Source: Hyphomicrobiales bacterium (lineage in GTDB: Bacteria > Pseudomonadota > Alphaproteobacteria > Rhizobiales > CAJQND01). From it: 64,000 bases of DNA. The DNA lies in the NCBI GenBank assembly GCA_028285595.1, contig JANQOW010000053.1, forward strand, positions 2,079 through 66,078, given 5' to 3'. This document shows positions 47,440-56,717 of this stretch, piece after piece (within the stretch, counting starts at the first letter, position 1; each line of letters starts with the position of its first letter). Both the position numbers and the translations under genes were made by a program. The notes beneath the pieces were generated by a model. The model searched no databases and was not told the origin of the DNA. It worked only from the letters and a program-made list of their open reading frames with translations.

Positions 47440-48981
47440 ATGGGACCTGCGATCCGATCTAAACGCACCCGGCGCCGGCGCGACGCTCTTGCAGACCGTG
47501 AGCACAGCGCTCCGGTGGAAATGCCGTCAAGGCACGGTCTTCCGCCGGCTGAAGTTCTGACCGCAGAGCAAATCGAAGATGTTCATGCTTACTCAACGCG
47601 CCTTCTTGAGGAGGTGGGCATTGAGTTTATGCTCCCAGCCGCCTGGGATATCCTGGAAGCGAACGGTGCAAAGGTCGATCGCGACAGCGGCATGGTCAAA
47701 ATGGATCGTGGGCTGGTTGAGCACTGGGTCTCTAAGGCTCCGAGCACGTTTGACTTAAAGGCGCGCGAGAGCTCTCGCGATATCAGCTTTGGCGGAAAAG
47801 AGATTGCCTATGGTTCGGTCGCCAGCGCGCCGAATGCCTTGGATGCGGAACGCAGACGCACCGTAGGCAGTCAGTCCAGTTTCCGTGACTTGCTCAAGTT
47901 AAGCCACACCCTCAGCACCTGTTCCTTCTTCTCAGGTTATCCCGTCGAGCCGATAGACCTTCCGGTAAACACGCGCCATCTGGATTGCTACGCTGATCTC
48001 CTCACGCTGACGGACAAGCCGTTCAGGATTTATGCAATCGGTGAGACCCGGGTGACAGACGCGCTCGATATGGTTTGCCTTGGCCACGGGATCAACCGCG
48101 ACGAACTAAGAGAAGCACCGCGCCTCATCACAAACCTCAACGTAAACTCGCCTCTACGCGTTGATGCACCTTTGCTCGAGGGCGCAATGGAGATGGCCAG
48201 AAACGGTCAGATCGTCGTCGTCACGCCAGTGGCGTTTTCCGGAGCCATGACACCGATCACTCTGTCCGGAACCCTGATTCAGTTTAATGCAGAGTGCCTT
48301 GCCACGATCGCGTTCCTCCAGATGGTCCGTGCCGGTGCGCCGGTTATGTATGGCACGGTGTTCGCGAACGTGGACATGAAGTCCGGCGCACCGATCCTCG
48401 GGTCCGCTGAAATGAGCACAGGCATGATCGCCACCGGCCAACTCGCGCGGCGCTATGGCATTCCCATGCGGGGCTTTCTTGGATCATCCTCCAAGGCGCC
48501 TGATGCTCAAGCTGCCTATGAGACAATGATCTGCTTGTGGGCCAACGTCTTGGCTGGCGTGCACTGCGTGTTCCACGCTCACGGCCTTTTGGATACCGGC
48601 TTGATTGCCTCGTACGAAAAAGCCGTCCTGGATTCTGACCTGATTGGAATGATGCAGGTTGTCTCTCCAACCGTTGACTTTTCAGATCTCGACGAAGCGT
48701 TCGATGCCATTAAGACCGTCGGTCCCGGCGGACACTTCCTGGGAGCAGACCACACCATGGCGCGGTACAAGACGGCGTTCCACACTCCGCTCCTTTCCGA
48801 TTGGCGGGCATACGAGTTTTGGGAAAGCGACGGCGCAAAAGACACCGCCGTTCGAGCGACCGAAAAGTGGAAGGAGTTGCTTGATAGCTATGTGCCGCCG
48901 GATCTTCCCGCCGGCCGAGCTGAGGCCCTTGAGGAATTCGTCATCCGGCGCAAGCAGGAAATCGGAGACATGGACATATAA
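47440..48981 (+). CDS. MttB superfamily protein, non-pyrrolysine type (copy 2)
   Basis: Collinear with copy 1, roughly 60% identity by eye, sharing blocks such as YAIGETRV, PLLEGAMEMA, FLQMVRAGAP, DMKSGAP and GPGGHFLG. ATG 47440 is preceded by AAGAGGAG; ORF-track start 47362 is rejected. Confidence 0.85.
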   Translation: MGPAIRSKRTRRRRDALADREHSAPVEMPSRHGLPPAEVLTAEQIEDVHAYSTRLLEEVGIEFMLPAAWDILEANGAKVDRDSGMVKMDRGLVEHWVSKAPSTFDLKARESSRDISFGGKEIAYGSVASAPNALDAERRRTVGSQSSFRDLLKLSHTLSTCSFFSGYPVEPIDLPVNTRHLDCYADLLTLTDKPFRIYAIGETRVTDALDMVCLGHGINRDELREAPRLITNLNVNSPLRVDAPLLEGAMEMARNGQIVVVTPVAFSGAMTPITLSGTLIQFNAECLATIAFLQMVRAGAPVMYGTVFANVDMKSGAPILGSAEMSTGMIATGQLARRYGIPMRGFLGSSSKAPDAQAAYETMICLWANVLAGVHCVFHAHGLLDTGLIASYEKAVLDSDLIGMMQVVSPTVDFSDLDEAFDAIKTVGPGGHFLGADHTMARYKTAFHTPLLSDWRAYEFWESDGAKDTAVRATEKWKELLDSYVPPDLPAGRAEALEEFVIRRKQEIGDMDI

Positions 48982-48982
48982 G

Positions 48983-50386
48983 ATGGCATTGGCCTTGGAC
49001 GCAGAACCGATTGGCCAGACGGCAATCCGCACATTGGCGGCGTTTATCGCCAATGCACCGCGCAGGTACGGACCGGTGGCGCGTGAGCGGTCGCGGTTTG
49101 CCATTCTGGATACGGTCGGATGTATGATTTTCGGTCAATCGAGCCCGGAAGCTCAAGCTGCGTTCGCATCGGTTTCCGGTTGGGGGACAGGTCCTGCAAT
49201 GGTGGTTGGCAAAGACGTTGGATTGCCGCCACCTTGGGCTGCTTTCGTGAACGCCACCGCGGCACATGCGCTTGACTATGATGATTGGGACGATCCATCC
49301 CTGGTCCACACCAGCGCGGTGTTGCTACCTGCCATACTCGCCGTTGCAACGGAGCGGGAAGCAGATGGCGCAGACGTTTTAGACGCACATATTGTTGGCG
49401 TTGAGACGCTGCTGCGGATCGGAGAGGCCGTTAACCCAAGCCACTACTGGAACGGATGGCACGCAACATCAACGATCGGTGCCATTGGCGCAGCGGCTGC
49501 CGTGTCACGGATGTTGGCGCTTGATGAAGATCAGACAGCAAATGCCCTGTCCATCGCAACCAGCATGGCCGGTGGCTATGTCAGCCAATTTGGCACCATG
49601 ACAAAGCCCATGCATGCAGGTTTTGCCGCCAAAGCAGGAGTTTTCGCCGCTGCTTTGGCCAAAGCAGGCACCAGTGCCCAAGAAGCCGCGCTCGATGGCC
49701 CGGTGAGCTTCAGAAGCACAACCGCCAACGTGGATCAGGAGGCATTTTTCACAGCTTTCGGAAAGCTGGGAACACCGTGGGCGATCGAAGAGTATGGGAT
49801 GCACATCAAGCTTTACCCCTCTTGCGGCGGCACGCACCGGGTTATCGAAGCCGCGCTCATGCTAAGAAAAGACAACCAAATCGATCCCAGCCGGATTCGG
49901 GATATCGAAGTGAATGTGCCTGAGTTCCTCATCGAGCTTCTCCCCTACAAAGTCCCGAACACCCGCCCGGAAGCACTCTTCAGTTTGCCTTATTGCGCAG
50001 CGGCAGCATTGATGTGGGGAAAAGTGGGGATCGACGAGTTCAGCGATGACGCAATCAACGATGGCACCGTCCGCGCTATATCAGCCCGGGTTCGCCTAAC
50101 AACACGCGCGTTCAACTATCAGACCCACCTCTTTGTGAAGGGCAATTTCGACGTCGTCACTGTTACCACCGAAGACGGACGCACGTTCAGCGCCTCGATC
50201 GACATTCCGTACGGCGCACCGCCGAGATTTGCAGATCAAGAGACCGTTGAGCGGAAATTCATGGATTGCGCGCGCCGGGGTCTGCCGGAAGATCAAGCCA
50301 CACAGATCATGGAGTTGCTGCGCGCACCTGCAGCCCAGTGGGCTCCCTCAGATCTCTGTAACCGCATGACACCTCTTCAAAGCTAA
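48983..50386 (+). CDS. MmgE/PrpD family protein (copy 2)
   Basis: 467 aa. The ATG lies 1 nt after the mttB-2 stop (TAA G ATG), in frame with ORF-track 48659. It shares LDTVGCM, AHALDYDD, GWHATST and KPMHAG with copy 1. Confidence 0.85.
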   Translation: MALALDAEPIGQTAIRTLAAFIANAPRRYGPVARERSRFAILDTVGCMIFGQSSPEAQAAFASVSGWGTGPAMVVGKDVGLPPPWAAFVNATAAHALDYDDWDDPSLVHTSAVLLPAILAVATEREADGADVLDAHIVGVETLLRIGEAVNPSHYWNGWHATSTIGAIGAAAAVSRMLALDEDQTANALSIATSMAGGYVSQFGTMTKPMHAGFAAKAGVFAAALAKAGTSAQEAALDGPVSFRSTTANVDQEAFFTAFGKLGTPWAIEEYGMHIKLYPSCGGTHRVIEAALMLRKDNQIDPSRIRDIEVNVPEFLIELLPYKVPNTRPEALFSLPYCAAAALMWGKVGIDEFSDDAINDGTVRAISARVRLTTRAFNYQTHLFVKGNFDVVTVTTEDGRTFSASIDIPYGAPPRFADQETVERKFMDCARRGLPEDQATQIMELLRAPAAQWAPSDLCNRMTPLQS

Positions 50387-50420
50387 GCCAGAACTCCAGA
50401 ATGAATGAAAGGGAGAATTT

Positions 50421-52070
50421 ATGACAAAGAAACCTGAGAAAACCGCACAAGTAGGCGACAAAATTGTCTTCGGCTCCATGCCAGATGCCGACAAAGAGTT
50501 TGTGGTCGATGCCCTGAAAAAAGGAGCCACGCGCCGCCAAGTGATGGGTTGGTTGATGGCCATGGGCGCAACCATTGGTGCAGCCGGCTCCATCGTAACA
50601 AGCGCGACCGAAGCCATCGCCGCCACGCCCAAGAAAGGCGGCAAGATTCGTATGGCGTGGGACCAACATGGACCGGGCGACACCCTGGATCCGGCCGGTT
50701 ACCTCAACACATTGGACTATTGCCGCGGACGCATGATGTACAACAGTCTCGTGCGCTTCAATGATGACCTGACGGTGCGCGGCGAGTTGGCCACTTCGTT
50801 TGAAGCCAGTCCCGATGCCAAAACCTGGACGTTCAAGATCCGCAAGGATGTGGAATGGCATGATGGCAGCAAGCTAACGGCAGACGATGTTGTCTACTCC
50901 ATGATGCGCCATGTGGGAGAAGATTCAAAATCGGCCGTCAAGGTTCTCTCCTCTCCAGTGAAAGAGTGGAAGAAAATCGACGAAGAAACCGTACAGGCAA
51001 CGTGCCACCAGGGCTTTGCAGAATTGCCGGTTGTGCTGGCCACATTCCACTTCAAGGTCATCAAAGACGGCACGACCGATTTCACAAATCCGACCGGCAC
51101 CGGCCCGTTCAAACTCAAGGAGTTCAAGCCTGGCATTCGGGCGGTGCATGTGCGCAATGACAATTACTGGAACGACGAGGCCGGACCATATGTGGACGAG
51201 ATCGAGTCATTCGGCGTTACAGATTCGGTTGCGCGTGTGAACGCACTCCTGTCTGGGGATCTGAACATGATGGGCAATCTCGATCCCAAGGCTATTGCCC
51301 AGGTGGAGCAGACCGATGGCGTAGAAGTCTTCGAGGTGCCCTCGGGTCGGTATCCCTCGATCACTTGCATGGTGGATCGCGAGCCCGGCAACAATCCAGA
51401 CTTCGTCCTTGGTTTGAAACACCTCCAGCGGCGGGACCGTGTTCTCAAAGTCGTCCAAAAGGGCAAGGGCAGCATCGGCAACGACCAGCCCATCGGCGAG
51501 CCCTATGGTGCAGGCTATTGCAAGGACCAGGTGATCAGGCCGTACGATCCTGAGAAGGCCAAGTTTCACCTCAAAAAGTCCGGCATTACGAGCGCTGAGG
51601 TGAATGTCGCAGAGATCTATCCGGGTATGACCGATATCTGCCTCATGCTGCAGCGCGAGTGCGCCAAGGTTGGGTTCGAACTCAAGATCAAGAAAGTCCC
51701 GAATGACGGGTACTGGGGTGCGGTCTGGATGAAGACGCCCATGAACGTGGTGGCTTGGAACATGCGTCCAAGTGCAACCATCATGATGGGTTTGGCGTAC
51801 AAATCCGACGCCAAATGGAACGAAACCGGATGGAAGAACGAGCGGTTCGACCAACTCCACACCATGGCGGTGGCAGAACTTGATGAGAGCAAGAAGTACG
51901 AGATGCTGTGCGAGATGCAGAAACTGATCTCCGATTATTCGGGCTCTCTTGTCCCCACAACCGCCAGCTACGTGGACGGCATCTCATCCAAAGTTAAGGG
52001 CATGCCCCGCGTGTCTCTTGCCGCCCTGGGTGGAATGGAGTGGCCGGAGTTTGTCTGGCTTGACTCATAA
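50421..52070 (+). CDS. ABC transporter substrate-binding protein, family 5, with a Tat-type signal
   Basis: 549 aa. Twin-arginine motif GATRRQVMGWLMAMGATIGAAG...AIA after a long n-region. SD AAAGGGAG. No permease or ATPase gene is adjacent. Confidence 0.85.
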   Translation: MTKKPEKTAQVGDKIVFGSMPDADKEFVVDALKKGATRRQVMGWLMAMGATIGAAGSIVTSATEAIAATPKKGGKIRMAWDQHGPGDTLDPAGYLNTLDYCRGRMMYNSLVRFNDDLTVRGELATSFEASPDAKTWTFKIRKDVEWHDGSKLTADDVVYSMMRHVGEDSKSAVKVLSSPVKEWKKIDEETVQATCHQGFAELPVVLATFHFKVIKDGTTDFTNPTGTGPFKLKEFKPGIRAVHVRNDNYWNDEAGPYVDEIESFGVTDSVARVNALLSGDLNMMGNLDPKAIAQVEQTDGVEVFEVPSGRYPSITCMVDREPGNNPDFVLGLKHLQRRDRVLKVVQKGKGSIGNDQPIGEPYGAGYCKDQVIRPYDPEKAKFHLKKSGITSAEVNVAEIYPGMTDICLMLQRECAKVGFELKIKKVPNDGYWGAVWMKTPMNVVAWNMRPSATIMMGLAYKSDAKWNETGWKNERFDQLHTMAVAELDESKKYEMLCEMQKLISDYSGSLVPTTASYVDGISSKVKGMPRVSLAALGGMEWPEFVWLDS

Positions 52071-52080
52071 ACCAAGCAAA

Positions 52081-52125
52081 AGCCGCCGCATGGTTTCGGA
52101 CATCGTTTCCAGCCGTGCGGCGGCT
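52081..52125. terminator. Hairpin between convergent genes
   Basis: AGCCGCCGCATGG / CCGTGCGGCGGCT (13-bp stem, one G-U pair) with a 19-nt loop and no obvious U-tract. Confidence 0.35.
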
Positions 52126-52171
52126 CACAGAACACGCCCGCCCTACCGCGGCAGTCGACCAGAATAAACGC

Positions 52172-53371
52172 TCAAAGGGCACCTTGACTTCGCAGCTCTG
52201 CGATATCGGCCGAGGTGTATCCTAAATCTGCCAGCACCTCTTCGGTATGTTCACCAAGTTCCGGTGGCGCTGCGCGAATTTCCGGTCCATCCGTGTCGGA
52301 CATGAACGCCGCCACCGCGGGCTTGTAAACGCCGTCTTTTGCATGCGTGCTGGAGAACTGGCCAATAGCTGACCGGCTGGCAATCTGATCGCTCTCCAAC
52401 GCCTCATTAAGGGTACGGACCCGTGCCGCGGGGAGACCCGCCTCAATCAAGATCAATTCCCACTCATCGGCCGACTTGGTTTTCAGGATCTCGATCAGCA
52501 CCTCTTCATCTTGCTTACGGCGGGCAACCATATCCGGTGTTCGCAGGCTCTCCACCTCTTTGGCCAGATCTGATCGGCCAAGCGCCGTCCAAAGCTTGGC
52601 GTATTGGGCGGGTGTGGCAGCGCCAATCATCAAAATCGCGTCTGCCGTTTCATATCCCCCATAGCCGGCAAAGGGTATGCGTGCATATTTCGTGCGGCCA
52701 GGGGTTCTGCCCGTTGTGTTTGTATTAAAGACACCAGAAGACATCATCATCAGGGCCGCATCCAACATGGCCACATCCAGGTGCTGTCCTTCGCCCGTGC
52801 GCTCACGTCGCAATAGCGCAGACGATATTGCGAACGCTGCCTGTGCACCTGTGCCATAGTCCAGCACAGGCGGACCGACCAGAACAGCATCTCCGTCGGC
52901 AGGGCCGGTTTGCAACATCATTCCGGAGTAAGCCTGGATTGTGTTGTCGAACGCGGCATGCGCCCGTTTTGGCCCGGTCTGCCCAAACCCGGTCAGCGAG
53001 CAGTAAATGATGTCGGGCTTTAGTGCTTTGATATCCTCGTATCCGAGCCCCAAGGCGGCAAGTTTTCCAGAGCGGAAGTTCTCAACAATCACGTCCGCAG
53101 TTACAGCCAGTTTCTTGAAAACCTGTCGCCCGGCCTCAGACTTCAGGTTCAACGTGATGGCGCGTTTGTTCGCCCCCTGGGACTGGAAATGAGAACCCAT
53201 CATTGCCGCGTTCAGGTCCCCCACGGCACCGATCTCGCGGTTCATGTCAAAGGCATCTTCATGCTCGATCTTAATCACATCCGCCCCCAAAACAGCCAAC
53301 TGGTAGGTGGAAAACGGTCCGGCCAGCACATGCGTTAGATCAAGAACCCGAATACCTTCAAATGCCTGCAT
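52172..53371 (-). CDS. CoA-transferase family III (CaiB/BaiF)
   Basis: 399 aa; the N-terminus FEGIRVLDLTHVLAGPFSTYQLAVLGADVIKIE is the family hallmark. Confidence 0.85.
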   Translation of the reverse strand: MQAFEGIRVLDLTHVLAGPFSTYQLAVLGADVIKIEHEDAFDMNREIGAVGDLNAAMMGSHFQSQGANKRAITLNLKSEAGRQVFKKLAVTADVIVENFRSGKLAALGLGYEDIKALKPDIIYCSLTGFGQTGPKRAHAAFDNTIQAYSGMMLQTGPADGDAVLVGPPVLDYGTGAQAAFAISSALLRRERTGEGQHLDVAMLDAALMMMSSGVFNTNTTGRTPGRTKYARIPFAGYGGYETADAILMIGAATPAQYAKLWTALGRSDLAKEVESLRTPDMVARRKQDEEVLIEILKTKSADEWELILIEAGLPAARVRTLNEALESDQIASRSAIGQFSSTHAKDGVYKPAVAAFMSDTDGPEIRAAPPELGEHTEEVLADLGYTSADIAELRSQGAL

Positions 53372-53588
53372 GTGACCCTAATCTCCCTTGCTGTTCGGCG
53401 CACCTGAACCATAAGACGGACGTGATCCGGTTACCACCTTACTGTGATCGTGTACACTTGCTCATCACGCCACAAGTCGCGCCGCGGAATAAACATACCT
53501 GGGCTGGACGGATGGGCTTGGAGGGCTGAGCGCAAAATCACCGAAGCCGACTAGAAGAAACCGGACGATCGTGGTCTAAAGAGAGCGC

Positions 53589-54767
53589 ATGCACGACATA
53601 CAAAACCAGGCTCCGCCGCGTGGCGCATTAGCTGCACTGGGTGGTGGCTACTTCACACTGGCCGTTGCGTCCTTGTCTGTGGTGGGCCTGCTTGGTCACA
53701 TGTCCGACGGGCTGGGGGTGAGCAAATCCGACATTGCTTATCTCGTGACGGCGTTCGCACTCACCTACGCGCTCGCCGCACCCACACTTCAGATACTGGT
53801 TGGCGACTTGGATCGGCGCACACTGATTCTCGTTGGGTTGTGCACGATCGCAGCAGGTGCAGTTACAAATGCTGCTGCGTGGACGTATGAGATCGCGCTA
53901 GCTGGCCGCTGCATCATGGCCATCGGCGCCTCGGTCGTTGGACCGATGGCGTCGGCGGCCGGAGCTGCGCTTGTCGCTGCCGAACGCCGCGGGGCTGCGC
54001 TTGGAACCGTCTTCGCAGGCTTTACGATTGCCACGGTCACCGGAGTACCTCTTACAGCCTTTTCCGGCGACATGATCGGCTGGCGTGCAACGATGGTGTT
54101 GATCGCAGGGCTAGCGCTCACCATTGCGCTGGCAGTGGCGGCAACCGTTCCCAGCGGAAGCCGAGGCACAAGATCGGACTTTCACTCCGTGGCCAACGCA
54201 TTGACCGGCAAAAGAACCGGCTTGGCGCTCGTGGTCACACTCTTTCAGATGGCCGGGCAGTTTGTGACGTTCGCCGTAATTGCGGCTTACATGGTCGACC
54301 GGTTCGCTCTAACGGAAAGTTCCGTTCCACTCATCCTGTTCTTGTTTGGTGTTGGCGGTATCGTTGGGAACGTGATTGCCACACGCTTGGTTGACGCCAT
54401 GGGACCTGAGCGGTTGATACAGAACAGCCTCTTGATCACAGCGGCGATCCTGCTGATGCTCCAATTTGCGCCGGCTAATGCTGTTGTTGGAGTATCACTG
54501 ATGTTCGGCTGGTCGATTGCCGGAATGCTGATTTACGCACCGCAGCAGGCACGTTTGGTGGCGCTTGCGCCAGAATCGGGGAACCTGCTCCTCGCCCTGA
54601 ACGCGTCGATGCTTTATGCGGGCATGGCAGGTGGGGCGCTGTTGTCAGGTATACTCTACCAAGCCACCGGGGCCGAATACCTTGCGCTGGGGTCCTCTCT
54701 CCTCATGCTCATGGGAACCGGGGCGTTCTTGCTTTCCCGTCGTTTTGCGGAACAGCGTGTGCGGTGA
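53589..54767 (+). CDS. MFS transporter
   Basis: 392 aa, roughly 12 predicted hydrophobic helices, typical MFS_1 size. Confidence 0.8.
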   Translation: MHDIQNQAPPRGALAALGGGYFTLAVASLSVVGLLGHMSDGLGVSKSDIAYLVTAFALTYALAAPTLQILVGDLDRRTLILVGLCTIAAGAVTNAAAWTYEIALAGRCIMAIGASVVGPMASAAGAALVAAERRGAALGTVFAGFTIATVTGVPLTAFSGDMIGWRATMVLIAGLALTIALAVAATVPSGSRGTRSDFHSVANALTGKRTGLALVVTLFQMAGQFVTFAVIAAYMVDRFALTESSVPLILFLFGVGGIVGNVIATRLVDAMGPERLIQNSLLITAAILLMLQFAPANAVVGVSLMFGWSIAGMLIYAPQQARLVALAPESGNLLLALNASMLYAGMAGGALLSGILYQATGAEYLALGSSLLMLMGTGAFLLSRRFAEQRVR

Positions 54768-54805
54768 CAACGCTTCTCCATCCAGGGAATTACAGTAGGA
54801 AACCG

Positions 54806-55846
54806 ATGACCAACACATCCGCTATCGAGCTGCAGGCGCATCTGCATCATCAGTACTTTCTCGGGTTGCAGCTTATGGTCGCTGTCGAAGAAGGCCGTGA
54901 GGTAATCGGAGACTGGATGTTTCGCCTGTTTCGCCGACAACATGAAGAGAAGTTCCTCTCCAGCTTTCAAAAGCTTGGTCTCAGCGATTTACCCGACGCG
55001 GTTGCTTGCGCAAAATACCATGCTCTGTCCAATGGTGTGGGTGGTGTGCGGGTCGAATACATGGAAGAGACTGAGCAGAAAGCGTGGGTCCGCTTTCGAT
55101 ATCCCAGATGGATGTATGACGGGCCAGCGATCTGCGGCGTCCCCGTTGAAGCAAGCCGAGGTTTCCTGAAGGGCTGGTATGCGCAGAACGGGGTTTCACT
55201 GCAAAATCCGCGGTTGGGATTTGTTTGTGTGTCGGAAGATATGACCGGGCAGTTTGGGCTCTGCGGTTATTTTAAAGAGTTCGACCACGCCCTTACGCCG
55301 GATGAACGGTTGCAGTTTGCGCCCCACGAGAGACCACCCCCGTTCGACCCCGCAAACCAGCCCGAACCTCCAATCGAACAGTGGACTGACGCGCGCCTGG
55401 CAAAGGCCAATCGCAACTATGCCATGGAGTATTGCCGCAATGGCATTCCGGAACTCATCGGCGTGGTAGGGCCCGAGCGCGCATTGGAGATCAGCAAGCG
55501 GGCGGCTCGCCTCACCGGATTGCAGCACTATCAAAAAATGGCACAGAGCGTTGAGTGCGTGGATGGAGATGCATCCGACGCCGCAAGGTTTTTGGCCATT
55601 GCGTTTGAGGGAATGGGCGATGAGGCCGAACTTGACTTCGGCGCCGACGGGTTAAGCGCAACAGTAAACCAGCGCGGGCTTCGCATTGTGCGTGGGATGA
55701 CGGGCGAGGAGCGTCACATCGTGCTGGCCTCATGGATCGAACTTTGGCGCGGGGCCGTGAGCTCACAAAGATCGTTCATTGATGTCGCCGTCGAACATCT
55801 TGAAGATGCGCTCATCTGGCGCTTATCGCCAAGCAGTCCCGTTTAG
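54806..55846 (+). CDS. Hypothetical protein (no family recognised)
   Basis: A 346-aa ORF from ATG 54806, preceded by AGGA. An alternative GTG at 54764 would overlap the MFS stop as GTGA. Residue composition looks like a real coding region in this GC-rich genome. No motif I can assign. Confidence 0.55.
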   Translation: MTNTSAIELQAHLHHQYFLGLQLMVAVEEGREVIGDWMFRLFRRQHEEKFLSSFQKLGLSDLPDAVACAKYHALSNGVGGVRVEYMEETEQKAWVRFRYPRWMYDGPAICGVPVEASRGFLKGWYAQNGVSLQNPRLGFVCVSEDMTGQFGLCGYFKEFDHALTPDERLQFAPHERPPPFDPANQPEPPIEQWTDARLAKANRNYAMEYCRNGIPELIGVVGPERALEISKRAARLTGLQHYQKMAQSVECVDGDASDAARFLAIAFEGMGDEAELDFGADGLSATVNQRGLRIVRGMTGEERHIVLASWIELWRGAVSSQRSFIDVAVEHLEDALIWRLSPSSPV

Positions 55847-55871
55847 TTTGCTGAGGAACAAAGCCCAGGGA

Positions 55872-56528
55872 TTACGCCGCAGCCTCGCTGGCGATCTGTT
55901 GAAGCACATGGGTGTAATTCTCAACGCCCTGTGCGCCGCTTATGAGGAATCGCTTTTCAAAGATCATCGCCGGAACGCCCTGAATGCCGCGTGACACCCA
56001 AAACTGTTCCGCCTCTCTCACCGGTTGTGCATACCGCTCTTCTTCCAAAACCCGCACCGCTTCTTTCCGGTCAAGACCAATATCGCCGGCACTCGCGGCC
56101 AAAACCTTCGGGTCGTTCAGATCGCGCCGGTGAGTGAAGAAGGCAGCGAAGAGGGCCAATTTCGCCTCGTGGGCAAGAGATAGGGTCCCCGCCCAATGAA
56201 TCAGTTGATGCGCGCGGAAGGTGTTCACCATCCGCATGTCGTCGGCATAGTTGAATGCAAATCCAAGCTCGGCCCCAAGCGCTGTCAGATTGGCCCGAGC
56301 TCTCTTGCTGCCCTCCGGTGTGGTCCCGTACTTTTCCGCCAGATGTTCCCTCAGGTTCTCGCCCTCCTGAGCCATTTGCGGGTTAAGTTCAAACGGATGC
56401 CAGTGGACATCGAGCGCAAGGGAGACTTCACGCGATGCGGCAGCCAGCTGATAATACCCAATCGCGCACCAGGGGCACACAACGTCAGAAACAATATCGA
56501 CACGGACGGCGCTCGGATTTGTGCTCAT
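55872..56528 (-). CDS. DsbA family oxidoreductase (FrnE / 2-hydroxychromene-2-carboxylate isomerase-like)
   Basis: N-terminus VDIVSDVVCPWCAIGY (CPWC redox motif) with no signal peptide. Start ATG 56528 is verified. Confidence 0.8.
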   Translation of the reverse strand: MSTNPSAVRVDIVSDVVCPWCAIGYYQLAAASREVSLALDVHWHPFELNPQMAQEGENLREHLAEKYGTTPEGSKRARANLTALGAELGFAFNYADDMRMVNTFRAHQLIHWAGTLSLAHEAKLALFAAFFTHRRDLNDPKVLAASAGDIGLDRKEAVRVLEEERYAQPVREAEQFWVSRGIQGVPAMIFEKRFLISGAQGVENYTHVLQQIASEAAA

Positions 56529-56717
56529 GTAAACAATCCTCGTTCTCGCCCTGTTTCGTTTACACCGATCCACCTAAAGTGGGTGGCCGAGATACACAGG
56601 ACCGTTGTCTTAGGAGCATAACTTGGTGTTTAGGGTACCAATGTCAATCAGTTTACTTTTTGTAACCTACCATCACCCGTGCGGCGAAAACATTAGGATT
56701 GAAACGGAAGCAAACCA

